Below are positions 22,014 to 32,000 of a stretch of DNA of 32,000 bases, in pieces. Every line of letters starts with the position of its first letter. Within the stretch, counting starts at the first letter, position 1. Under the pieces are notes generated by a model. The model saw only the letters and a program-made list of their open reading frames with translations, was not told the DNA's origin and ran no database searches. Source of the stretch: Wolbachia endosymbiont of Litomosoides sigmodontis (lineage in GTDB: Bacteria > Pseudomonadota > Alphaproteobacteria > Rickettsiales > Anaplasmataceae); the NCBI RefSeq assembly GCF_013365435.1, contig NZ_CP046577.1:990001-1022000 (forward strand), written 5' to 3'. Made by a program: the position numbers and the translations under genes.

Positions 22014-23309
22014 CTAAATATCAGTTAATTTTAGCAAATTTTGTTTTATTATGCTATTAATAATGCATTTAACTTCATCATCATTGATGTCTTTTTCCTT
22101 ATAATTCAGGCAAGGATAAGCTAACACTTTTCCATCTTTTAACACTATAGGTAAAGAATAAAAAACTTCATGGCAGCAATTATAATCCTTTAAAAATTTA
22201 GGAACCTTCTGTGTTTTTTTTAGTGGAGTAATAGTTACTGAACATTCTTGACTTCCAAGTATCGTGCAGCTAAATCTATTATCCCATTCAATAAAACCAT
22301 TTAACGGCAAATTAACAGATACTTCCTGTATCTTTGAAGATTCTCTAATTATTAAAATACTCTCTCCATATTTCCTTATTTTACACTCAGAAAGTGTGCA
22401 ATGAACATCGTTATCCTTTCGCAGTACTTTATTAAATATGTTAATAAGACTATTATATCTTGGTTTATAGTGTTTACTGCTGATTACCATTATAGAATAA
22501 AGAAGAAGCCTTAAGCCTATTTCTTCTGGCAATTTATAAAATTCACTTAGTTTAATTTCGATATAACCAAGATCATGAATATTAACACAATCATTGAATG
22601 CAAGATATGTATAATATATTAACGCTTTCTTGGCTCTTTTCATATGAAGAGCTGTGAGACATATTCGTTCTGTCAAAATCTCTTGATCATCACTTACTTT
22701 AAGTAAGTTGCGATATAACGTGCGCCTATATTTTAAATCTTGATTACTTCTATCTTCAACCCACTTTAGCCGATAAAAGTCGGCGTATTTTCTTATTCTA
22801 CCACGGCTAAAACTTAATAATGGTCTTAATATGTAAACCCCATTTAAAGAAAACTTGTAGTCCATAGATGACAATCCATCTAGGCCACTACCACGCTCAA
22901 GTCTCAGTAGAAAAGTTTCTGCTTGATCATCTTTATGATGCGCAATAAATAGGTGCTTAACATTGTTATTTTTGCACCATTTTGTTAGTAGCTCGTACCG
23001 TGCTTTTCGTGCCTCTGATTGAACATTGCCTTTGATATTCTTCTTCTCCCAGTTTAATATGAACGATTCCTTCACCCCAAGTTCCTTTGCATAATTTACA
23101 ACAAATTCAACTTCTTTCTGAGATTCTGGACGCAATCTGTGATTTACTACTAATGCTATAGGTGGTAGACATTGTCTTTTTTTTGCCCAACTGATTATTA
23201 AATGCAATAAAGTTATACTGTCTATACCACCTGATACTGCAACTGCAACTTTATTATTATAGATAGCAAGATCGTCTATTACATCTTGAAGTAACGACTC
23301 TAATTCCAT
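22014..23309 (-). CDS. tilS: tRNA(Ile)-lysidine synthase
   Basis: It has the PP-loop motif VAVSGGIDS near the N-terminus. It ends 12 nt upstream of the ftsH start, which matches the widely conserved tilS-ftsH pairing. Confidence 0.9.
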   Translation of the reverse strand: MELESLLQDVIDDLAIYNNKVAVAVSGGIDSITLLHLIISWAKKRQCLPPIALVVNHRLRPESQKEVEFVVNYAKELGVKESFILNWEKKNIKGNVQSEARKARYELLTKWCKNNNVKHLFIAHHKDDQAETFLLRLERGSGLDGLSSMDYKFSLNGVYILRPLLSFSRGRIRKYADFYRLKWVEDRSNQDLKYRRTLYRNLLKVSDDQEILTERICLTALHMKRAKKALIYYTYLAFNDCVNIHDLGYIEIKLSEFYKLPEEIGLRLLLYSIMVISSKHYKPRYNSLINIFNKVLRKDNDVHCTLSECKIRKYGESILIIRESSKIQEVSVNLPLNGFIEWDNRFSCTILGSQECSVTITPLKKTQKVPKFLKDYNCCHEVFYSLPIVLKDGKVLAYPCLNYKEKDINDDEVKCIINSIIKQNLLKLTDI

Positions 23310-23482
23310 TTCTTACCCCAGTGTTTAAACACTGAGACCCAGAACTTCCTTAACAATTGAACCTCATAGCTATAAGTAGCTCAAAATTACATCATTTTAC
23401 TGCTTGCAAGCTAGATCTTACGTTAAAAAGGCCACGACAAATCACGGCATGATATGAAACTGCATCAGCTGTAGCTAAAAAA

Positions 23483-23962
23483 CTACCTTTTTATTCTAGA
23501 AAATGAAAACTCTACTCTACGATTTTTAGCATGCTCCTTTTCATATTTAGAGTTCTTAGAATTATCTGCCACATAAACCAAAGGTTCAGTTTCACCTTTA
23601 GAAGCAGTTTTTATTCTATTTTCTAAGTAAGGTGTACAACTAACCATAAATTTTTTAGCCGCATCTGCCCTTCTAGCACCTAGCGCAATGTTGTATTCAT
23701 AAGAACCACGATTGTCAGTATGACCAATCAAAGTAACTTTTACATTAGGATCATTTTGCAACATTTTCACTACATTAAGCAATGCATCTGCACCTGCTTC
23801 ATTAATATTAGATTTATCATAATCAAAGAAAATCCTTTTTTCTTTCATCTGCTTAACAATAAAGTTAACTTTATTTGTTGCATTTACCTCTCTTTTTTGG
23901 CAAGAACTTATACCAGTAAACAGTAAACAAAAACAGCACATTGCAACTAATTTATTCCACAT
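23483..23962 (-). CDS. pal: Peptidoglycan-associated lipoprotein (OmpA-C domain)
   Basis: It has a signal peptide ending in a lipobox (..LFTGISS|C). The OmpA-like peptidoglycan-binding motif IGHTDNRGSYEYNIALGARRA is present. Confidence 0.9.
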   Translation of the reverse strand: MWNKLVAMCCFCLLFTGISSCQKREVNATNKVNFIVKQMKEKRIFFDYDKSNINEAGADALLNVVKMLQNDPNVKVTLIGHTDNRGSYEYNIALGARRADAAKKFMVSCTPYLENRIKTASKGETEPLVYVADNSKNSKYEKEHAKNRRVEFSFSRIKR

Positions 23963-24233
23963 TACTAAACCTCCATAAATTTTAAAACAGTGCGTAACTT
24001 TAATTTTTAGTAGTTAATAGTCTCTCTATTGCAATATAGTCAAGAAAAATAAAATACTAAACACTTTTTCTACAGTTTTACAATTAATTTTCTAATAAAA
24101 TGCCAGATCTTTGGTAGAAAAATCTGGCAAAGGTACAATTTTTTATTGTGATTTAAGTAAATATACTTTGTAACTTTATTATTAATCTATTACGATATTA
24201 AACAGATGTTTTCTAAATAAAGATGCACAAATT

Positions 24234-25661
24234 ATGAAATCTTACAAGTTTCTAGAAGAAGTATTACATAGATTAAAGAATATTGAGAGTACACTAAAAG
24301 TACTAGATCAGAGTCAACTGAACGTAGAGGATAAAATTGAACAAATGGGTCTCCTAGAAGAAATTAGACATGAAGTTATCTCTCACAACATAATAAAAGA
24401 GTCACTAGCAGAAGCAGGTGCCCTTGGTAACAAAAAGAAAGGTGATAGTTGGCAGCTAAAGTTAATAGAGAGAATGCATAAAAGTAACAGTGCTATTCCC
24501 ATTGATTTAGTAAAATCCCTGTCTAAAGCTAAAATTGAGTGCCAAAATTTATGGAGGCTATCTCAATCTGAATCTAGTAGCTTAGAAAAGCTAAAAGAAC
24601 GCTTTGCTGACTTGATCAAACTTATTCGTGGAGTAGCTTCAATAAAATCGCAGCAATTAAAATGTTCAAAATATGATTCACTGCTTGCTGACTACGACTC
24701 TGATATTACAGAAAAGGATATAAAAGAAATATTTTCCAAGCTAGGCAAATTTTTTAGCGACAATATAGATAGAATAATTGAAAAGCAGAAGAAAGACAAG
24801 ATTACTAATATACAGAAGATTACTACTCAGAAGCAGATTGAACTTGGCTCGTTATGTTTACAGCAAATAAGTGTTACGTCACACCATACTTTTTATCACT
24901 ACCCTATAGATTACGACGAATCTGATTTTTGTTACGGTTTGTTTTTACTTTTACGGTGTAGTGGTCATGAAATTTATCAAAGATGTTTAGCACAAAATTC
25001 TATAAGAAGCTCATTTACAAAACACGTTATGTGTGAAGCTCAAGGATTGTTCATGGAAAGAATGATTGGAACATCAAGAGAATTTATTAAATTTATTCAA
25101 CCGCATATAAAAGAGAAGTTTACTATAAAAGGCAAAGTTAATGCAAAGATCAATAGTATTGAAAACTTGTACTTGATTTTTAATAAAGTGAATCTTTCCT
25201 CTCCTTTAAAGAAGGCAGATGAATTTAGCCTGCTAGCCCATATCATGTTGAGAACAAAGTTAGAACAAGACATAATAAATGGTACGCTAGAGGTCAAAGA
25301 CTTGCATGACGCATGGCTAGTAGGTATGGAACATTATAAAATCCCAGTCAAAGCTAAAAATGAACTAGACACTTATTTTCAAGATAAATATTGGGTAAGC
25401 GGAACTATAGGCTATTTCCCCATTAAAATTATAGCTTTAATTATTGCTGTACAGATTTTTTCTTTCATAAAAAAAAATCATTACGAGTTTTTGGGTGCTA
25501 TAATAAAAGGAGATTTTGGGTTACTCATTGGCTGGTTATCTCAAAACGTATGTAGTGCAAGGTGTGGTTTTTTGGATCTGATGAAAAAAGTAACAGGTAA
25601 AGGCTTAGATGTTGAATGCTGTACTAGCTACTTATCTGAAAAGTATGATTTATCTCAATAA
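24234..25661 (+). CDS. M32 (carboxypeptidase Taq) family protein with a substituted zinc-binding motif
   Basis: Family landmarks are recognisable: ..KKADEFSLLAHIMLRTKLEQDIING.. (IRxxADE..LHI.LR region), QDKYWVSGTIGYFP (the QD.HW..G.FGYFP motif) and CEAQGLFMERMIG (the HESQS..WEN region). At the position of HExxH the sequence reads LLLRCSGHEIYQ (24954-24968 = RCSGH). Confidence 0.75.
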   Translation: MKSYKFLEEVLHRLKNIESTLKVLDQSQLNVEDKIEQMGLLEEIRHEVISHNIIKESLAEAGALGNKKKGDSWQLKLIERMHKSNSAIPIDLVKSLSKAKIECQNLWRLSQSESSSLEKLKERFADLIKLIRGVASIKSQQLKCSKYDSLLADYDSDITEKDIKEIFSKLGKFFSDNIDRIIEKQKKDKITNIQKITTQKQIELGSLCLQQISVTSHHTFYHYPIDYDESDFCYGLFLLLRCSGHEIYQRCLAQNSIRSSFTKHVMCEAQGLFMERMIGTSREFIKFIQPHIKEKFTIKGKVNAKINSIENLYLIFNKVNLSSPLKKADEFSLLAHIMLRTKLEQDIINGTLEVKDLHDAWLVGMEHYKIPVKAKNELDTYFQDKYWVSGTIGYFPIKIIALIIAVQIFSFIKKNHYEFLGAIIKGDFGLLIGWLSQNVCSARCGFLDLMKKVTGKGLDVECCTSYLSEKYDLSQ

Positions 25662-25675
25662 AATGGTCTCTTTGA

Positions 25676-26758
<1,083 letters not shown>

Positions 26759-26836
26759 GTATGATAACTGTTTTGAAGGTAATTTATTAATTTTTTTTTG
26801 ATGAAATTGTGCATCATAAATTAGATTACAGGATTA

Positions 26837-27278
26837 ATTATCTATCATTGTTAATAGGTCAAAATAAGTGACATTGCAGAATTGTTTAATTACGGAGTAA
26901 GGAAGAGAGGTAATAAATTTGCACAAAGCGCTCTCAAGTAAAGCAATTTTATTATTGCCTTTATTATACAAAATGTTCTGTTTTATATATAACCAAAATC
27001 TCTCAATAAGGCTGAGCTCCAGTGAGTATGGTAATAGATATATAACCTAGATATTTTTAGATACCTTTAAATTTTTCAACCTATATCAATTAACACAATC
27101 CATGATAAGAGAGGCTTTCCATGTTTTTAAATGTTGTAACCTTTATTCAAGGAATATATTCACATAATCAGTGTTGACATTCGGTATAAATAAGCTAGGA
27201 TTCTCTTCATTTTTAAGCTCAATTGTGCTGTAGAGATAAAATTTATGCCTACCTAATTTTACTTTAACTGTGTTTTAA
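26837..27278 (-). repeat. Inverted partial copy (3' ~440 bp) of the IS630-like element, fused to the left end of copy E
   Basis: This is the reverse complement of about 27930-28373. Positions 26864-27122 are the exact reverse complement of 28088-28346 (259 bp, checked base by base), while the outermost ~27 bp and the inner ~150 bp are diverged. Confidence 0.9.
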
Positions 27279-28373
27279 CACCAACTCTCCTGCGTAAAAA
27301 ATGGACAAATAATAATGAAAAAGAAGCCATATTGAAGTAAGTAAAATAGCAAGATTTAAATGGCACTAGAATCAAAATTATTAGGTAAAAATCATGAAAT
27401 TAGTGAAAGAAATGCTGAAGACAGTACAAAACAACGCATATGTTGCAAAAAACCAATGCTGTAATTGCAGCAAAAAAGCACAGTATAACAGCCATAGCAA
27501 AAGTATGTTGTTGTATTTTTTAAATAGCACTAACTGCATGAATAAAGCACTTAAAATTTGGAAGAGGAGAAAATTCCTTGCCTCCCCCTCTAAACGTTAT
27601 AGAAAAAGCAGATTGAATCAGAGCTAATTTGAATAAGTTGAAGTATAGATACCAAAAAAACTAATATCATCACTAAAAAAATGAGAATAAGAACCCAGGA
27701 AAAATTTGCCTTAAATGTCAGTAAGTCTATAGCACATCGTAATATACAAAAAATGAAATTTTCATATATTACGCAAAACCAATTCACAATAAACAAGATA
27801 AAGATAGATAAGAAGAGCTAAAAAAACTTAATGAGATTATTGGTAAGCACCCTAAACAAGAGGTTATTCATCTTTGATAAATTGCAGTTTAGCATATATT
27901 CAAGTTGACACGGGTATTTAAAAACGGCATTAGAACATAGGTTAAAGTAAAATTAGGTAGGCAAATTTTTTTATCTCTATAGGCCAATTAAGCCTAAAAA
28001 TGAAGAGAATCCCAGCTTATTTATACCGAATGTCAACACTGATTATGTGAATATATTCCTTGAATAAATGTTACAACATTTAAAAATATGGAAAGCCTCT
28101 CTTATCATGGATTGTGTTAATTGATATAGGTTGAAAAATTTAAAGGTATCTAAAAATATCTAGGTTATATATCTATTACCATACTCACTGGAGCTCAGCC
28201 TTATTGAGAGATTTTGGTTATATATAAAACAGAACATTTTGTATAATAAAGGCAATAATAAAATTGCTTTACTTGAGAGCGCTTTGTGCAAATTTATTAC
28301 CTCTCTTCCTTACTCCGTAATTAAACAATTCTGCAATGTCACTTATCTTACTCACTAACAATAAGAATTGGTA
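27279..28373 (+). mobile_element. Degenerate IS630-family insertion sequence, copy E (transposase pseudogene)
   Basis: The left terminus is CACCAACTCTCCTGCGTAAAAAATGG and the right terminus is CTCACTAACAATAAGAATTGG|TA. It is collinear with copy F, and its frames are broken by many stops (track ORF 27394-27627 is one fragment). Confidence 0.85.
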
Positions 28374-29137
28374 TTATTTCAGTAATGCTTCTTTTCCATT
28401 ATTATCTATCCGTTCTTTATAAAGTAGAAATTGGTATAAAAACTTTAAACTAAGAAATCTCTTCCTAAGTTTAGCAGATTTCTTCTATTCGGTGCTATTT
28501 AGTAAATTTCTCAAATATTTGTATTATCTACCGTCATCCAGCTGTTTGTTAGCGTAACTTAGAGATATCGCGAATAAATCTCGGTACAATGAATTGCGTC
28601 TAACATGTAACCAGGGAAAAAAGGTATAAATCCTAATAGTATTGAAACGGCAATGTTCGATATCATGAAAATAACTGACACTGAAAGCCTACTGTTTATC
28701 TTAAATCAATTCTGAAGAATTAAAGATTATATATGCACCAAAATCACTACTTTATCACTATAAAAGTAATTGCCACTTATATTTTTGGACTATCTTCATA
28801 ATAATTAGAGACTACTTCATTAAGTGAATGAAAAATATTTCCCCCTTCTTCAAGAAATTTGTTATATTGGTTGTGGTTACTTGATTTCATTTTTACTGGC
28901 CTATTTTTTCTTAAGCAATTAAATAGTCATTTATAATGAACTCTATCAGCAACCACACTAAGTTTCTTGGCCATTATGCAACAAAGCCATGCCAATGTCA
29001 GTTACTCTGGTAACAATAGAAAGTTGCAGTTACCCAAGCAGCTAATACTGGGATTTAGGCTTTTTACACTGAACTCCCTATCATAAGATAAAGAGAGGCA
29101 AAGCTTACCCCATTTACTACATTTACTTATAAGTTAT

Positions 29138-30253
29138 ATGCTAAAAGAACTTAAAATTGAACCTCTGTTAAAAGATAAAGCTCCACATCAAATCAAGGCT
29201 GTAGTTGCAATGTCTGGTGGAGTAGATAGCTCCGTTGCTGCAGTGTTACTACATCATCTCGGGTATCAAGTAATTGGTGTAACTCTTCAGCTATATGCTA
29301 CTGATAGTAGCAATGCCAATGCAAGAAAAGGTGCATGCTGCGCCGGACAAGATATTTACGATGCCAAGCATGTAGCTGAAAGTACTGGGTTTCCTCATTA
29401 TATCTTAAATTATGAAAAAATATTCAAAAAAGAAGTGATAGAGAATTTTGCACAAACCTATATGCAGGGAAAAACTCCTATACCATGCATAAAATGTAAC
29501 CAAACAGTAAAGTTCCGTGATTTATTACAAATCACAAAAAATCTTAGTGCAGATGTCTTAATTACAGGACACTACGCGAGAAGATTAGAAAAAAATGGTG
29601 AAGTAAAGTTGTATAGAGGCATAGATAAAAGTAAAGACCAAAGCTATTTTCTGTTTACCATAACAAAGAAGCAGTTGGAATTTTTGAGATTTCCACTTGG
29701 CAAGTTCTGTAAACACGATGTAAGAAAATTAGCAAAGTACTTTAATTTGCCAATTTCTGAGAAGCCAGATAGTCAAGATATATGCTTTGTTTCCGAAAGC
29801 TACAGCAAAACAATAGCTAAGCTAGCTCCACAATCTGTACAGAAAGGCAAAATTGTAGATGTAAATGGAAAAGTACTAGGCGACCATAATGGTATAGTAA
29901 ACTTTACAGTGGGACAAAGAAAAGGGTTAGGTATCGCACATAGTGAACCTCTTTATGTTGTAAGAATCAACACGAAAAATAATGAAATAGTAGTAGGACC
30001 AGTTAATGCACTAATGCAAAGAAAAGTATTAGTTAAGGAGTTAAATTGGTTAGAACAACCAAAGGAAGGTATGGAAGTAATTGTAAAGCTCCGTTCATCA
30101 CACTCGGGAAATTTGGCAACAATATATCCAATCAGAGAACAAAATAAAGCTTATGTCATTTTAAACGAAGATTACTTTGGCATCAGCCCTGGCCAAGCCT
30201 GTGTAGTATACAAAGATGAGCAAGTTATCGGGGGTGGATGGATATGTTCTTAA
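29138..30253 (+). CDS. mnmA: tRNA 2-thiouridine(34) synthase MnmA
   Basis: It has the PP-loop AMSGGVDSS, the Cys region TPIPCIKCN, and KDQSYFLF. The ORF is full length. Confidence 0.95.
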   Translation: MLKELKIEPLLKDKAPHQIKAVVAMSGGVDSSVAAVLLHHLGYQVIGVTLQLYATDSSNANARKGACCAGQDIYDAKHVAESTGFPHYILNYEKIFKKEVIENFAQTYMQGKTPIPCIKCNQTVKFRDLLQITKNLSADVLITGHYARRLEKNGEVKLYRGIDKSKDQSYFLFTITKKQLEFLRFPLGKFCKHDVRKLAKYFNLPISEKPDSQDICFVSESYSKTIAKLAPQSVQKGKIVDVNGKVLGDHNGIVNFTVGQRKGLGIAHSEPLYVVRINTKNNEIVVGPVNALMQRKVLVKELNWLEQPKEGMEVIVKLRSSHSGNLATIYPIREQNKAYVILNEDYFGISPGQACVVYKDEQVIGGGWICS

Positions 30254-30273
30254 CTAGAGGTTCTATAGTGTTA

Positions 30274-31339
30274 TACTAATTCTCACTATACAAGAAACGG
30301 ATCTTCAATAATGGAAAGAAGCTATACTGAAACAAGTAAAATAGCTATATTTAAATAGTATCAAAATTATTAGATAAAAAATCGTGAAATCAGGAAAGAA
30401 ATGCTGAAGAAAGTATAAAATAACTCATATGTTACAAAAAAATCAAATGCTGTAATTGTAATAAAAACATAGTATAACAGCCGTATCAAGAATAGCACTA
30501 ACTGTATGAATAAAATACCTAAAATTTGGAAGAGAAAAAATTATTTTCTCTTTCCAATGCGTGAAAAAATTAGATTAAATCCAAGTTAATTTGAACAAGT
30601 TGAAGTATGGATATAAAAAAACCATAATATTATCATTAAAGAAATAAGAACTCAGAAAAAATTTGGCTTGAATATCAACAAGTCTACACTACACCGTAGT
30701 ATGCAAAAAATAAAGTTTTATATATTACGCCAAGACCAATTCACAATGAACAAGATAAAGGTAGACAGGAAAGAGTTTCAAAACAACTTAATGAAAGTAT
30801 TGATAAGTATCCTGAATAAGAGTTATTCACCTTTGATGAATTGCAGTTTGGCACATGTTCAAAAGTTGAATACTGTGATTTTAAAAAGGCATTGGAACAT
30901 AGGTTAAAGTAAAATTAGCTAGACAAAATCTTTATCTCTATAATGCAGTTAATCCTAGAAATGAAGAGAGTTCTAGCTTATTTGTATCAAATGTTAATAC
31001 TGATTATATGAATACATTTCTTGAATAAATGCCGCAATATTTAAGAATACGAGAAGCCTTTCTTATCATGGACTATGCTAGTTGATCTAAGCCAAAAATT
31101 TAGAAGTATTTTAAAATATCGAGGCTATATACTTACCACTACACCTCTTAAGCTTATCCTATTGAGAGATTTTGGTTTTATATATAAAATGGAATATTTT
31201 ATGTAATAAAGTCTATATCTATAATACAATCGCCTTGCTTGAGAGCGCTTCGTGCGAATTTATCACCTCTCTTTTTCACCACGCAATTAAACAACTCTAC
31301 AATGTTACTTATTTGACTCACTAACAATCAGAATTCACT
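30274..31339 (+). mobile_element. Degenerate IS630-family insertion sequence, copy F (simple copy, no inverted left arm)
   Basis: It starts 21 nt after the mnmA stop. The left terminus is TA|CTAATTCTCACTATACAAG and the right terminus is CTCACTAACAATCAGAATTCAC. Broken frames read ..FGLNINKSTLHRSMQKIKFYILRQDQFTMNK.. (track ORF 30668-30907) and other transposase pieces, with stops throughout. Confidence 0.85.
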
Positions 31340-31342
31340 CTA

Positions 31343-31620
31343 ACAATCAACTGATAAAATTACATCTAAGTTGTAAAATTGTGCAAGATACTTTAATTAT
31401 CATCAGAAGCAGTTGTTTCTAAAATGGGAGCAATTACTTCCTCTTAATAATTTACCATATCTAAATATGTTCTTTATGTATTTACTAATATCTAGAAATT
31501 GCACATCAAACACAACTCTGCCATTTTTTTGCGCAAGTTATAAATACTTTCCTGGTACAAAACATCAATTCTTATATCTTCATTTGGAGGTATATATAAT
31601 AGAACTTCGCTTTCTACTAT
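31343..31620 (-). pseudogene. RhuM-family (Virulence_RhuM) protein remnant, N-terminal ~90 codons, frameshifted and truncated at the IS copy F boundary
   Basis: Minus-strand translation gives consecutive pieces in three frames: ESEVLLYIPPNEDIRIDVLYQESIYNLRKKMAEL.., then DVQFLDISKYIKNIFRYGKLL, then EEVIAPILETTASDDN*, then QFYNLDVILSVDC*. Together these track my recollection of the RhuM N-terminal consensus (..IILYQTEDG..I.V....ETVWL.Q.QMAELF......I..HIKNIF.EGEL.......F..T.SDGK.Y....YNLD.IIS.GYRV). The similarity stops at the right end of IS copy F. Confidence 0.6.
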
Positions 31621-32000
31621 CTTTCTAGTTATTCTACGTATAGTTCCCGAATTTTAAAAATTTACTCCATACTGTAGAGTATGTTTTGGCTGTTCATTAG
31701 CCAATTTTCAATAGATTGTTTGTGCTTTTCTATTTTATAGTAGTGCCCAAGTTATCCATATTTAATTCTCTCTTTCTCTACCAGTTCTAATAATGTGCTG
31801 TTTTCTGACAAATTACATTAATAATTTAACCTTTATGCTGAAAATAGCAATCCATTTCTGAAATGTGTGATAAATTATACTCACTTGGGGCTGTAGAGAC
31901 TTTTAGAGTATTTACTTTATTCATCATAAAAACTATCATATGCAGTGTAATATTGACCTCATACTCGTGGCTTAATTTATAAGTCAGTGTATGTCTTATA

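Noticed and set aside
24102-24128. GCCAGAT..13 nt..ATCTGGC inverted repeat in the pal / M32 divergent intergenic region
   Set aside because: The stem is only 7 bp and is a single occurrence. It could be an operator, but there is nothing to support that from sequence alone.
31413-31628. 71-codon plus-strand ORF
   Set aside because: It lies antisense to the RhuM-like remnant, which gives a far more convincing (though broken) homology reading on the minus strand.

Overview
The window is AT-rich and looks like a chromosomal segment of a reduced Anaplasmataceae genome. It is most likely Wolbachia, possibly one of the degraded nematode-type genomes. That assignment rests on gene content and protein sequence recall and has not been checked by a search.

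I can support 17 apparently intact housekeeping CDS: era (partial), an MrpD/NuoN-like antiporter subunit, ffh, an MFS transporter, glyA, a HAD phosphatase, an RDD protein, SURF1, a kefB-like CPA2 antiporter, a thioredoxin-fold protein, tmk, ftsH, tilS, pal, an M32 carboxypeptidase-like protein, mreB and mnmA. Using my coordinates, these cover only about 56% of the window.

About 24% of the window is six dead copies of a single IS630/Tc1-mariner-family insertion sequence, all in the same orientation. The remaining roughly 20% is ORF-free, apparently decayed sequence, including a RhuM-family pseudogene cut off by one IS copy.

I found no rRNA, tRNA, CRISPR array, prophage module, or recognisable toxin, defence or secretion system, and no convincing novel multi-gene system.

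The most unusual signals are:
- Four of the six IS copies carry a 280-450 bp reverse-complemented copy of their own 3' end fused to their left end, giving long hairpin-capable arms.
- In one copy the arms contain a 259 bp tract of perfect identity, flanked by diverged sequence.
- The M32 carboxypeptidase homologue reads RCSGH where the HExxH zinc motif should be.

All homology statements come from reading translations by eye and need confirmation by database search.
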